From positions 43,790-107,789 of the forward strand of contig CAYZCZ010000001.1 in NCBI GenBank assembly GCA_964477125.1: DNA of 64,000 bases, in the 5' to 3' direction. Below the pieces are notes generated by a model. The model made no database searches. It was not told where the DNA came from and saw only the letters and a list, made by a program, of their open reading frames with translations. The DNA is from an uncultured Candidatus Saccharibacteria bacterium (GTDB lineage Bacteria > Patescibacteriota > Saccharimonadia > Saccharimonadales > CAIOMD01). Numbering within the stretch: the first letter of the stretch is position 1; every line of letters starts with the position of its first letter. The position numbers were made by a program, and so were the translations under genes. Shown here one piece after another: positions 30,771 to 40,853 of the stretch.

Positions 30771-31937
30771 TTACAACTTTTTAAGGCTAGATTCTAGTGA
30801 CTTAATAATATCTTGGGCACCTTCGAACCCTACCGATAACCTAAAGAAACTTTTACTAATGCCAAGGCTTTGACGTTTTTCGTCCGATAAACTTCTATGG
30901 CTCATTGTAGCTGGGTGTGAAATTATCGTTTCCGGGCTAGCTAAGCTTTCGGCAAATACAATAATTTCATTCTTTTGAATATCTGTTACAAATTTTTTCA
31001 GATTCTCATACCTGGTTTCGTTGAGCTCTAGTGAAATAACTCCGCCAAATCCGTTTTTTGCATAAACTGCATCAAAACTATTTTGTTTCTTTAACGCAGG
31101 ATAATTAACCTTTTTTATCTTAGGGTGAGTTTGTAAAAATTTAGCAACCTCATCAGCAGTGTCGCTTACTCTACGCCATCTTAAACCCAATGTTTTTAGC
31201 TCTTGTATAAATCTGTAGCTTTCGTCGGGGCTCAACAGGGCACCAACCGACCACTGCAACCAAACATGACGTTCGTGCCATTTTTTGTTTTTGGTAATTA
31301 AAGCCCCACCTAAGCAATCGTTGTGACCACCAAAATATTTGCTTAAACTATATAAAACGGTACCAGCTCCGTAATCAAATGGATTAATGCTCGAGGGTGG
31401 TGTAAAAGTAGCGTCAACAACAAGTTCTAGCTTATGTTTTTTAGCAATTTTTGAAACTCTCGTTAAGTCAGTAACATTTAAAGATGGGTTAGTTATTGTT
31501 TCTACAAAAATTGCCTTGGTAGTTGGCTTGAACGCTTTGGCTACTTCTTTTTCATTCTCAACATCTATGTGACTTACCAATATGCCATAATCTTTAAAAA
31601 GCTGTTCTAAAAGCCGTACAGTTCCACCATATAGTTCTTTCCCGCAAATAATATGGTCGCCAGGCAAAAAATTAAACAATAACATTGTTGTTGCAGCGTC
31701 GCCTGAACCGAAAACAGTTGCTTGGCCTTGGCCTAGGATTAACTCAAGCTTTTTTTCTAAAATACTTCGTGTTGGGTTTTTGCCACGTGAATATGCCCAA
31801 GCAGATTCAACTCCAAATTCTGGCTGTCTGAAAGTTTTAGTCCTAACCAACAGTGGAGCAATTGCCCCAAACTGGGCATCAGGTGATTCACCGGCATGGA
31901 CAAACTTAGTGTTAAGAGATTGATAATTTTTTGACAT
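30771..31937 (-). CDS. Cys/Met metabolism PLP enzyme (cystathionine gamma-synthase/lyase family)
   Basis: YSR..NPT, YGGT, ET.TNP, VDATF, SLSKYFGGHND (PLP Lys), HPATMSH, RLSVG.E; SAM riboswitch upstream. Confidence 0.93.
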   Translation of the reverse strand: MSKNYQSLNTKFVHAGESPDAQFGAIAPLLVRTKTFRQPEFGVESAWAYSRGKNPTRSILEKKLELILGQGQATVFGSGDAATTMLLFNFLPGDHIICGKELYGGTVRLLEQLFKDYGILVSHIDVENEKEVAKAFKPTTKAIFVETITNPSLNVTDLTRVSKIAKKHKLELVVDATFTPPSSINPFDYGAGTVLYSLSKYFGGHNDCLGGALITKNKKWHERHVWLQWSVGALLSPDESYRFIQELKTLGLRWRRVSDTADEVAKFLQTHPKIKKVNYPALKKQNSFDAVYAKNGFGGVISLELNETRYENLKKFVTDIQKNEIIVFAESLASPETIISHPATMSHRSLSDEKRQSLGISKSFFRLSVGFEGAQDIIKSLESSLKKL

Positions 31938-31977
31938 TTATATCCTTTCATATACAAGTGTGAAAAGATATAAATGC

Positions 31978-32081
31978 ATATCATTGCCACACTTGTGGCC
32001 TAGTTGGAGCACCTTTCCCAATATTGTTGGATAGGTTGCTGACAGGTCGTTGGGCTAGATCCCTCGCTGCACTCTTGATAT
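31978..32081 (-). ncRNA. SAM-I (S-box) riboswitch aptamer
   Basis: Minus strand reads AUAUCAAGAG..GAGGGAUCUAGCCC..GAC..CAGCAACC..AGGUGCU..CUAG GCCAC/GUGGC AAUGAUAU: P1, kink-turn P2, P3 with GCAACC/GGUGC, pseudoknot and P4. Confidence 0.9.
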
Positions 32082-32164
32082 TAAATTGTTAATGAACTTA
32101 AAGCTTAGCAGTATATTTAGTTAAGCACAACTACTATGTTAATTTATGGTACTATTCAATCATT

Positions 32165-33379
32165 GTGATTGTGGTAAAAAGCAATAAAAAACGACGCCGA
32201 ATAATTATTGCATGCGCAGTAATACTTTTAATCAGTTCAGCTATCTTGACTTTTTACTGGAACAAAAACCAATCTAATTCCAAAATAGAACCAGCAGTAT
32301 ATGGTCAGGAAATAAAAAAACCAACAATAGTGTCTGCAAGCAGTAGGTTACTAATAGTGGGGGATGTTTTTTGGGGCAGACAATATGAAAGAAAACGACT
32401 GAACAACGAACCGAATGCAATTCAATTCCCATTTTCTGGTTTAGCGTCTTACGATAAAGCTAAATATAACTCCTGGATTGCGGACGTAGAATGCCCAATT
32501 ACAGACAGAAATATTGATTTTCAAACACAATGGGATGCCATAGCTCTTAACTGCCGACCTGAATTTACCAGCGAATTTGCAAAATGGTTCGATATTGCCA
32601 CTCTAGCCAATAACCATATGTATGATATTGACCAAGAAGTTGGCTATGAATCTACCACCGCTAACCTAGACAAAAATAATATTCAGTATTTTGGTCATTA
32701 CCTTGCTTCAAAGCACGATAAAGCATGCAAAGTTATTACTGTAGGTATAGATTTAAAATACTCAGACAATACAAATAAGAAATCTAAGCTACCCCTTGCT
32801 ATGTGTGGTTACCACGGAGTAATATCTATACCAACTCCTGAAGACATCGCTGAAATAAGTAAATACTCTGATAAGTTTATTACTATTGTCATGCCTCATA
32901 TGGGAGTTGAATATCAGGCTAAAGCTGATGGTATTAAAACTACAACTTACCGTGCAATGGTAGACGCTGGAGCCGACTTAATTGCTGGGGGCCATCCGCA
33001 CTGGGTGCAAAATACTGAGGTCTATAAAAATAAATTAATTGTTTACAGCCTAGGAAACTTTATCTTTGACCAGCAAGGAAGCAATGATGTTCAAAGATCA
33101 ATTGCTTTAGACGCCACTATGGAATTTTCATCTCCAGAACAAATTAATATTTTGGAAAAATGGCTAGCACTATCAGGTGATTGTATGAATATTGCTAGTT
33201 GTTCGAATGAAAAATTAGCCAATGTTTCAAAAGCTGTATCGTTGCCAAAAATAAACTATGACCTTATAGTTGGCCAGCAAAAAGGTTTGGTTCAGGCAAA
33301 ATCAACGGACATTGCGACCATCAACCAAGTTTTGACAAGGGCTTCATGGGCCAGCACCAAAGCCAATTTAGGCCAATAA
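32165..33379 (+). CDS. CapA/PGA_cap family metallophosphoesterase, membrane anchored
   Basis: N-terminal TM, VGDV, LANNH..D, PHMG.EY, GGHPH, YSLGNFIFDQ. Confidence 0.9.
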   Translation: MIVVKSNKKRRRIIIACAVILLISSAILTFYWNKNQSNSKIEPAVYGQEIKKPTIVSASSRLLIVGDVFWGRQYERKRLNNEPNAIQFPFSGLASYDKAKYNSWIADVECPITDRNIDFQTQWDAIALNCRPEFTSEFAKWFDIATLANNHMYDIDQEVGYESTTANLDKNNIQYFGHYLASKHDKACKVITVGIDLKYSDNTNKKSKLPLAMCGYHGVISIPTPEDIAEISKYSDKFITIVMPHMGVEYQAKADGIKTTTYRAMVDAGADLIAGGHPHWVQNTEVYKNKLIVYSLGNFIFDQQGSNDVQRSIALDATMEFSSPEQINILEKWLALSGDCMNIASCSNEKLANVSKAVSLPKINYDLIVGQQKGLVQAKSTDIATINQVLTRASWASTKANLGQ

Positions 33380-33623
33380 ATATTTGTTAGATAATATTAA
33401 ACATAAGAAATATTTGTTAAATTTTAAGTATTGTGCTATAGTTAATTGTTATTCAATGAACCCGTAGTGTTTGGATATTAAGTTTTTTAGTTAATGCAAC
33501 CCTCACAATACGGCTTACAAGCAATTTTTCGCTTGTGCATATTATGAGTTCGTTGTTTGCCAACTTATCAAACACAATGGCTAGATATATATTTAGTCTA
33601 ATTACGAAAGGGTTCATTTTTTT

Positions 33624-34832
33624 ATGGGCTATTACCAAAACAACCGTGCTGGATCACGGAATAATTCAAGAAACTCAAACCGCAGTTATGGTGGTGGAGG
33701 CGGTCGCCGTAAGGGACCAAATAAACAGTACATTCACCCTTCAAAATTCGTTAAGGCTGCAAAGCCAGTTGAAGTAACTGAATATACACCAATGCATACT
33801 TTTGCAGACTTTAATTTGCACGAGCTTTTACAAAATAACTTAGATACGCTTGGATATACATATCCATCTGCCATTCAAGACCAAGCACTACAACCTGGTT
33901 TAGCCGGCAAAGATGTAGTTGGTGTTGCTAACACTGGTACGGGTAAAACTGCTGCCTTTGGGATACCTATGTTACACAAACTTATTAGTGAGCGTGGTCA
34001 TAGAGCACTTATAATGGCTCCAACACGTGAACTTGCCCAACAGATTGAACGAGAACTTAAGGCAATAGGTAAAGGCTGTGGGGTTCAAGGGGCATTATTA
34101 ATTGGTGGAACACCAATGAGACCTCAATTAGATGATTTACGTCGTAACCCTGATATTATCGTGGGTACGCCTGGCCGTATTAAAGACCATATGGAACGCG
34201 GTACTCTTAAGCTAGAGGACGTTAACCTTATCGCTCTCGATGAAGTAGATCGCATGTTAGACATGGGTTTTGTACACGATATGCGTGATATATTAAAGCA
34301 CGCAAGCTCTGAACGTCAGTCATTCTTTTTCTCTGCTACATTAGACCGTACCGTTCGTCAGTTAATTAACGACTTTTCAAAAGAACCTGTAGAAATTCAA
34401 GTGAAAACAGGTGAAACATGTGATAATGTCGAGCAAGATATTGTTCCTTACACAAGAGACGATAATAAAATTGATCTTTTACATGAACTTCTTATTAAAG
34501 ATGGCACTACTAAAGCTATCATCTTTGACGAAACTCAACGTAGTGTAGAAAAGCTTCACATGGACTTAACAAACCGTGGCTTTAAAACCGACGCTATCCA
34601 TGGCGCAAAAAGCCAAGGCCAACGTCAACGAGCATTACGTAAATTTACCGATAACCAGGTTAACATTCTTGTTGCAACAGACGTTGCGGCCAGGGGAATT
34701 GATGTTGCTGATATAACTCATGTTATTAACTACACAACTCCACAAACCTATGATGATTACGTTCACCGTATCGGCCGAACCGGTCGTGCTGGTAAAACTG
34801 GATTTGCATTTACATTTGTAGAAGCACGTTAA
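33624..34832 (+). CDS. DEAD-box RNA helicase (RhlE-like)
   Basis: Q motif, ANTGTGKT, PTRELA, TPGR, DEVD, SAT, ARGID, HRIGRTGR; RG-rich N-terminal tail. Confidence 0.96.
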   Translation: MGYYQNNRAGSRNNSRNSNRSYGGGGGRRKGPNKQYIHPSKFVKAAKPVEVTEYTPMHTFADFNLHELLQNNLDTLGYTYPSAIQDQALQPGLAGKDVVGVANTGTGKTAAFGIPMLHKLISERGHRALIMAPTRELAQQIERELKAIGKGCGVQGALLIGGTPMRPQLDDLRRNPDIIVGTPGRIKDHMERGTLKLEDVNLIALDEVDRMLDMGFVHDMRDILKHASSERQSFFFSATLDRTVRQLINDFSKEPVEIQVKTGETCDNVEQDIVPYTRDDNKIDLLHELLIKDGTTKAIIFDETQRSVEKLHMDLTNRGFKTDAIHGAKSQGQRQRALRKFTDNQVNILVATDVAARGIDVADITHVINYTTPQTYDDYVHRIGRTGRAGKTGFAFTFVEAR

Positions 34833-34850
34833 ATAGACAGTTTCTTTATT

Positions 34851-34885
34851 AAAAACACTCAGAATTACAAGCTGAGTGTTTTTTT
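34851..34885. terminator. Bidirectional intrinsic terminator between the helicase and ackA
   Basis: AAAAACACTCAG / CTGAGTGTTTTT stem with A and T tracts. Confidence 0.85.
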
Positions 34886-34895
34886 AATTATAACT

Positions 34896-36068
34896 TTAAT
34901 TATAGATTCGAGTTAGCCTAGCTATCTCGGCTTCTTCATCAGTAGGCACTACTATTACTTGATTAACCCTTGTTCTGGTACTGATAACTGTTGGCACTAA
35001 TGGATCATAGCACTTATTATTCCGTCTATTATCAATATTCAAACCAAAAGAATCTAAATCACTGACTATTAATCTACGCATAAATGCCGATCTGGTTCCG
35101 GCCGTTCCAGTGAAAACTAAGGTATCGATACCATTAAGCGTAGCCACCATTTGCCCAATAGCTTTTTTAACACTATAGGCATAGGTTTTTAATGCTAAAC
35201 GTGCCAATGGGTCATCTGCCTCATGTCTTTCAATTAAATATCTAATATCATCTGATTGTTTACTTAAGCCAAGAAGGCCACATTCTTTATTTAGATAGTT
35301 TTCAATACCAGCGTCATCCATTTGTAAGTGTTGTTTGATGGCCATCGCTGCACCAAAGTCTAGGCTTCCAGATCTGGTTGACATTACTAAACCTTCTAAA
35401 GGGGAATATCCCATCGTGTTATCTACACTAATGCCTTGTTTGACAGCCGTAACACTCGCCCCGCTACCAAGATGACAAATAACCATTCGGTTTGGTAAAT
35501 CATAGCTCATCTTTCTAGTTACCGATGAAGCCGATAAACCATGATAGCCATAACGTTTAATCCCAATAGAATTTGCAAGCTCAATATCAACCCCGTAGTT
35601 CCAGGCAAAGTCCGGCTTGGTAACGTGGAATGAACTGTCGCTTACTCCAATAACATCTAGGCTACCAAAATGGCTTCTTATCGCATTTAATTCATTTATC
35701 GATGCGGTTATATGTAACGGAGCGCGTGATTTTAGAATTTTTAGCTGTTTTAAAGCTTCGTCATCTATCAACCGGTTTTGTAAGAAATATTCGCTTGGTG
35801 CTACTATTCGTAAACCAACCCTAACTATAATATCTTTTTCAGAGACAAGATTTAGCTCACGTAAAATTGGCTCTACAAGCTTAATACTGTCTTCTATACT
35901 ATTAATATCACAAATACGCGTTTCGTTTATTTTAACAGATATAATATGACATTTAATTTGTAATCTTTCATATTCAAAATGTATCTTTACTCGCTGAACG
36001 CCTTTTTTATATAAAGCATACTTCCGGCTTGATGTCCCGGGATTAGATACAAGTATTAATGAGTCCAT
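34896..36068 (-). CDS. ackA: Acetate/propionate kinase (divergent type)
   Basis: NPGTSSRKY, APLH, D..FH, RYGYHGLS, HLGSGAS, MGYSPLEGLVM.TRSG, TDEE. Confidence 0.92.
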   Translation of the reverse strand: MDSLILVSNPGTSSRKYALYKKGVQRVKIHFEYERLQIKCHIISVKINETRICDINSIEDSIKLVEPILRELNLVSEKDIIVRVGLRIVAPSEYFLQNRLIDDEALKQLKILKSRAPLHITASINELNAIRSHFGSLDVIGVSDSSFHVTKPDFAWNYGVDIELANSIGIKRYGYHGLSASSVTRKMSYDLPNRMVICHLGSGASVTAVKQGISVDNTMGYSPLEGLVMSTRSGSLDFGAAMAIKQHLQMDDAGIENYLNKECGLLGLSKQSDDIRYLIERHEADDPLARLALKTYAYSVKKAIGQMVATLNGIDTLVFTGTAGTRSAFMRRLIVSDLDSFGLNIDNRRNNKCYDPLVPTVISTRTRVNQVIVVPTDEEAEIARLTRIYN

Positions 36069-36254
36069 TTGATCCCAATATTTTTTAAAACATGAAAAAA
36101 ATTTATATGCGCTACAAAACTAGCATTGTTTGTAAACAATAATTTGTAATTTCTCACCTAGAATTATCCACCCCTATATTAATATAAAGCTCTAATGCTT
36201 ACATAGTAGCATCTAAAAATGTAAATGTTAAGCAACACGCTCATGTCTAAATTT

Positions 36255-36286
36255 AAAAAATACAGCGCCAAACTTGACGCTGTATT
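36255..36286 (-). terminator. Intrinsic terminator
   Basis: AATACAGCG / CGCTGTATT stem with an A run on its left (U tract on the minus strand). Confidence 0.75.
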
Positions 36287-36303
36287 ATAAAGAGCATTAC
36301 TTA

Positions 36304-36870
36304 CTATTTCTCGTCGTGACCTTTGATGGCAGATTCAACTACATCACGAGGAAGGGAAGCTGCATTTAGCAGTGCTTCTCGTACCTTTTCGGCAGTGTCT
36401 CCGCCAATTGAGGTAGCTGCTTCTAACGTTCCACCAACCGCTGCCTTGGCAGCATCTGCTGTATTCGTACCGGTTTCGCCAGCTGCCTTAATCGCACCTT
36501 GCACAGCGCCAACTGCAGCCTGACCTACGTCACCACCTGTTTCTGAAACACCCTTTACTATACCTTGAGCACCACCAGAAATTGCTTCTATTACATCTCC
36601 ACCTACCTGAGAAACACCTGCTACAACGCCACTCATTGTGTTTATTGAAACGTCAACTATAGAGCCACCTACTTGGCCGGCACCTTTTACAATTCCATCA
36701 GCTACAGAAGCTACTGTTTCAACAGTTGTACTTCCAACTTCACCAACTCCTTGTAACACATTAACAACTTGGTGCTTAGCAGTGCCAGTAACGGCACCTA
36801 AGACATCATCCACGCCATTTATAGCAGAAACAACCGCTCCTGAAGCTTCATCAATAATCTTTGCTAACAT
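36304..36870 (-). CDS. Gly/Ala/Val-rich helical repeat protein
   Basis: AAGGAG SD before ATG 36870; about 22-residue repeats (G.V.G..QVGG..). Confidence 0.8.
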   Translation of the reverse strand: MLAKIIDEASGAVVSAINGVDDVLGAVTGTAKHQVVNVLQGVGEVGSTTVETVASVADGIVKGAGQVGGSIVDVSINTMSGVVAGVSQVGGDVIEAISGGAQGIVKGVSETGGDVGQAAVGAVQGAIKAAGETGTNTADAAKAAVGGTLEAATSIGGDTAEKVREALLNAASLPRDVVESAIKGHDEK

Positions 36871-36969
36871 TTTACATCTCCTTATATTACTTATGCTTAT
36901 CAACATAATATAACATAAAATATTATCCTAATAACTACTTTTCTATTATAGGTACATTAAACAGATAAA

Positions 36970-37764
36970 TTAATGTAAATCGCGATTTCTAAACAACAAT
37001 ATTGCTATTAACGTAGAAACTATTAGTATCCCAAATAATACTGCAATATGTGCTAAATTTAGGCTTCCCTTAACTAATCCGGTTGCATCGTAATAATGCA
37101 ATAAAGATAGCTTTTCGTAGGGCTTAAGCCAATTTACTGCAATGCCAAAAGTACTTAAAATAAAACTACCAATTGTAATAATTAATGCAATAGCCGTTGT
37201 AGGGCCACGATTACCGCTTGCAAAACCTATTGCTATCACCGTGCCAACAGTAACGCCTCCAAACACGCATGATAGCGTAAAAAGTTCCCAAATTAAGGAA
37301 TTAGTTATCTGTTCATGAATTGATATTAAGCCAATATAAGTTGCAATAATTGTGGCTAAAGAAACAAAGCACAATATAACGAACCCAGCCAATTGTTTTT
37401 GAAGTAAAATTTTAATTCTACCAACTGGTGTTGCTGCCAAAGTTCTTAATCTACCTGACTCTTCATCAGATATTGATAGGTTCAAACCTAAAACAATTGA
37501 CATAATAAGAATGAATAACGGAATCCGAATATTAAACAACTGCTCAGCTAAATATCCATTAATATTTTTTAGATTAGCTGCATCTCCAATAAGACCTTTT
37601 AAGGCTGACGGGAAGTTTGCCGTAAGTTGATCTACCTGAAAACTAGAGTTGAAAGAAGGGTAAAAGATGACAACTAGCAAGGACATGAATGCAAAAGCCG
37701 ATGCCCAACCAAGCGTAAACCATCTTTTATCGTACAATGTCTTTAAAAATAGATTCTGCATCAT
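36970..37764 (-). CDS. ABC-2 type transporter permease
   Basis: DEESGRL..L.A.P..R motif, about 6 TMs, coupled to the ATPase gene. Confidence 0.88.
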   Translation of the reverse strand: MMQNLFLKTLYDKRWFTLGWASAFAFMSLLVVIFYPSFNSSFQVDQLTANFPSALKGLIGDAANLKNINGYLAEQLFNIRIPLFILIMSIVLGLNLSISDEESGRLRTLAATPVGRIKILLQKQLAGFVILCFVSLATIIATYIGLISIHEQITNSLIWELFTLSCVFGGVTVGTVIAIGFASGNRGPTTAIALIITIGSFILSTFGIAVNWLKPYEKLSLLHYYDATGLVKGSLNLAHIAVLFGILIVSTLIAILLFRNRDLH

Positions 37765-38660
37765 ACCGATGGCTCCTTATCATTTTCTTCGTAAAGACTG
37801 TCGAATATATCGTCTAGTGTTTCATCCTGTACGTTAAAATCTGTGATGTGTTTATCTCCTAGGATTTTTAATAACTCATTATTATACCCAAAATATCTGA
37901 ACTGCATAAATTTGGGCGAAGAAACAATAACTTCACTATTCTCAGGAATCGAAATTTTTGCGTCTTTGGCCAAATGCAAACTAACAATTTTACCTTTCTT
38001 TTGTAAAACAGACTCAATATCTTTATCAATTAGTATGCTTCCTTCTCTTAAAAAGATAACTCTCTGAGCAATTTCAGCAACTTCCATTAAGATGTGCGAC
38101 GACATAAATATTGTCACACCAGCTTCTTTCTGGCTCACAATTATTTCTAAAAATATTTTTTGCATTAGTGGATCTAGGCCACTGGTTGGTTCATCTAAAA
38201 TAACGATATCTGGTCGATGTTGCATAGCACCAATAAGTGCAATTTTTTGCTTATTTCCCCTAGACAAATTACCAAGCTTGGAGCTTAAGTTAGGTTTTAA
38301 TAATTTTATAAGTTCTTCTCTATAGTCAGAACTTTTATATTGATTGGCCAAAAAATTTAAATATTGAAGTCCAGTTAAGTTATCAAACAAAGCCATATCA
38401 CCAGAAGCAAACCCAACTTTGCCATGATGCTTATGTGCATTAGATGGGATAACAATATTGCCAAACAATTTAACGGTCCCAGCTGTTGGTTTAATAAATC
38501 CTAGAAGCATACTAATGGTAGTTGTTTTGCCGGCACCATTAGGTCCAACGAAACCAACAATTTCACCTCTATTCACTTCAAAAGATATATTATTGACAGC
38601 ATTAACATTATTAAACTTTTTTGACAAATTGTTAACTTGAATTTTTATATTATCAGACAT
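37761..38660 (-). CDS. ABC-2 transporter ATP-binding protein
   Basis: GPNGAGKT, LSRGNKQK, LDEPTSGLDP, SSH. Confidence 0.95.
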   Translation of the reverse strand: MSDNIKIQVNNLSKKFNNVNAVNNISFEVNRGEIVGFVGPNGAGKTTTISMLLGFIKPTAGTVKLFGNIVIPSNAHKHHGKVGFASGDMALFDNLTGLQYLNFLANQYKSSDYREELIKLLKPNLSSKLGNLSRGNKQKIALIGAMQHRPDIVILDEPTSGLDPLMQKIFLEIIVSQKEAGVTIFMSSHILMEVAEIAQRVIFLREGSILIDKDIESVLQKKGKIVSLHLAKDAKISIPENSEVIVSSPKFMQFRYFGYNNELLKILGDKHITDFNVQDETLDDIFDSLYEENDKEPSV

Positions 38661-38722
38661 ATCTAATTTTATTATATACCCAAATACTACTAATAACTTT
38701 GAACGAATTACGTTCGTAGATA

Positions 38723-40420
38723 TTACGGTATTTTAATATTATATTTTTCTTTATATTCCTCTAAAGCATCGCCTAAGGTTGTAAAATGTGGTGCCCGTTG
38801 TAAGTAGCCGGATAGGGGGCTGGTATGACTGACAGTTGTTCTAACAGTGCCTTTCATTCTGGCAACTGCTAATACAATTTTACGTTTTTTTAATTCTGCA
38901 ATTACACCTGAAAGCATTTGAGCAGAAGTAGAATCTATTGAAGTTATAGTTTCAGCATCCCATAAAAACCATTTTATGGGTTCTTCAGACTCACTAATTA
39001 GTCGCAGAATTCTCTCACGGAAATAGCTAGAATTGCCAAAGAATAAAGGTGCATCAAACCTATATATTATAAGACCCTCTATGGCTACGGTTTTCGGTGG
39101 ACGAGCCATGTCCCTAAAGCTTCCATCTTTTGCTAAACCAAGTACTGCATCTTTAGGAAAAGCTGTTCTTCGAATAAGATTGCCAATAGCCAGTAACACA
39201 GCTAGCATTAGGCCCTGAAATATACCTAAGGTTATTACCCCTATTACAGTTACTATTGCCAAAATTGCTTCGCTTTTCCAAGCTTTCCATATGGCTTTAA
39301 GTTCTACATAGTCAAACAATTTACTAATAGCTAAAATAATTATTACTGCTAATGCAGATACAGGTAAGTTAGATAAGAATGACCCTAAAAATAATAGTGA
39401 TAAGGCAATTACGGCAGCTCCAAATATTTGGGAGACTTGCGTTTTTGGTTTACTATCAAAATTTACAGCCGATCGGGACGCGCTAGCAGATACGGGCATG
39501 CCACCAAATAAGCCACTTGCTATATTAGATGCTCCTAAACCGAAAAACTCTTGGTTTGGTTTAACTTCTTCGTTCTTTTTAGCTGCGTAGGTTCTAGATA
39601 TTGCAATAGTGTTAGCGTAGCCTATAACAGTAATCGCTAACGCTGGCACTATTAAGTTTTGCAAATCTATCGGTTGGACTGACGGTAAATGCGGAAATGG
39701 CAAGCCAGTAGGAACATAGCCTAAAACCGTGATGCCACTGGCATTAAAATTGAAAATTATTGAAACTATGGTTGCCCCTAACAAAAGTAACAACGCCACA
39801 GGCATTCTTCTAAACTTCATTCCTAGCAGTATACCTATACACATTAGAGTAAAGCTAAGAGCCATAGTGGCAGCGTTCCAAGAATAGACATTACTTAAAA
39901 TATATGTAATCGAACCGAAGAAATTAGTATTAACAGGAATTTCTAGCCCGAATAGTTTTGGCACTTGGCTGGCAATTACTACCAAAGCTAAGCCCGCCAT
40001 ATAACCAAGCATTATTGGTCTTGACAAAAATTCACCGATAAAACTTAACCGCGCAAATACTGCAATAATACAAAAAATACCTATAAATATTGACAGCAAA
40101 ACAATGAGAGCAGCGGTTCTAGACGCATCACCTCCAGCAAGTGGTATTACCGTAGCACCGGCGAGTGCCGCCATTGCTGCATCTGGGCCTACTGTAACAT
40201 AACGGGTACTACTAAATACTGCAAAAACCAGCATGCCAATTAGTGCAGCGTATAAACCCATTGCGATTTCAACGCCTGCTAATTGGGCATAAGCCATAGA
40301 TTGAGGTATTGCAACCGCCGCAACCGTTGCACCTGCCAAGATATCTCTTCTAAGCCAACGAGTTGGATACGTTTTTAAAGTTTTGAGCAAGTTAAGCTTT
40401 ATATTTATTTTTTCTTGCAT
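38723..40420 (-). CDS. SulP/SLC26 anion transporter with STAS domain
   Basis: DILAG.TV....IPQSMAYA.LAG, SRSAVN, YRFDAPLFF.N, ID.T. Confidence 0.95.
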   Translation of the reverse strand: MQEKINIKLNLLKTLKTYPTRWLRRDILAGATVAAVAIPQSMAYAQLAGVEIAMGLYAALIGMLVFAVFSSTRYVTVGPDAAMAALAGATVIPLAGGDASRTAALIVLLSIFIGIFCIIAVFARLSFIGEFLSRPIMLGYMAGLALVVIASQVPKLFGLEIPVNTNFFGSITYILSNVYSWNAATMALSFTLMCIGILLGMKFRRMPVALLLLLGATIVSIIFNFNASGITVLGYVPTGLPFPHLPSVQPIDLQNLIVPALAITVIGYANTIAISRTYAAKKNEEVKPNQEFFGLGASNIASGLFGGMPVSASASRSAVNFDSKPKTQVSQIFGAAVIALSLLFLGSFLSNLPVSALAVIIILAISKLFDYVELKAIWKAWKSEAILAIVTVIGVITLGIFQGLMLAVLLAIGNLIRRTAFPKDAVLGLAKDGSFRDMARPPKTVAIEGLIIYRFDAPLFFGNSSYFRERILRLISESEEPIKWFLWDAETITSIDSTSAQMLSGVIAELKKRKIVLAVARMKGTVRTTVSHTSPLSGYLQRAPHFTTLGDALEEYKEKYNIKIP

Positions 40421-40523
40421 TTACAGTCTATATTGTAGCAAATAGCACAAGCATTATAAATAAAGTATCTATTTTTTATATTGCTACCGATTTATTATTT
40501 AATGACTACTAACGGGAGGAATC

Positions 40524-40853
40524 ATGGCTCAATTTATATTACTCTACAAAGGTCCTGCAACACCAATGGAAGAAATGACTCCAGATAAAAGCGAAGAAAT
40601 CACTAAGGCATGGCAAGATTGGATGGATGAAATTGGAGTTAGCCTTGTTGAAATGGGGTCGCCAATGGCTAAGGGGGTAACAGTAATTGATGACGGAACT
40701 GAAGATGTTGCTACCGAACTAACTGGCTACAGCATTATTGAAGCGGATAGTTTGGAGGATGCAAAAAAACTCCTGCATAATCATCCATTTTTATCTGACA
40801 GCAATGGAGATTACGCCATTGAAATATTCGTGCTACAGCCCGTCGTTATGTAA
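40524..40853 (+). CDS. YciI-like protein
   Basis: GGGAGG SD; W..W, G.P, GYSII.A.S...A...HP. Confidence 0.8.
   Translation: MAQFILLYKGPATPMEEMTPDKSEEITKAWQDWMDEIGVSLVEMGSPMAKGVTVIDDGTEDVATELTGYSIIEADSLEDAKKLLHNHPFLSDSNGDYAIEIFVLQPVVM

Noticed and set aside
33453-33777. Short ORFs in the helicase leader (33453-33638 minus, 33535-33777 plus)
   Set aside because: No recognisable protein features; the region is better explained as a structured 5' UTR.
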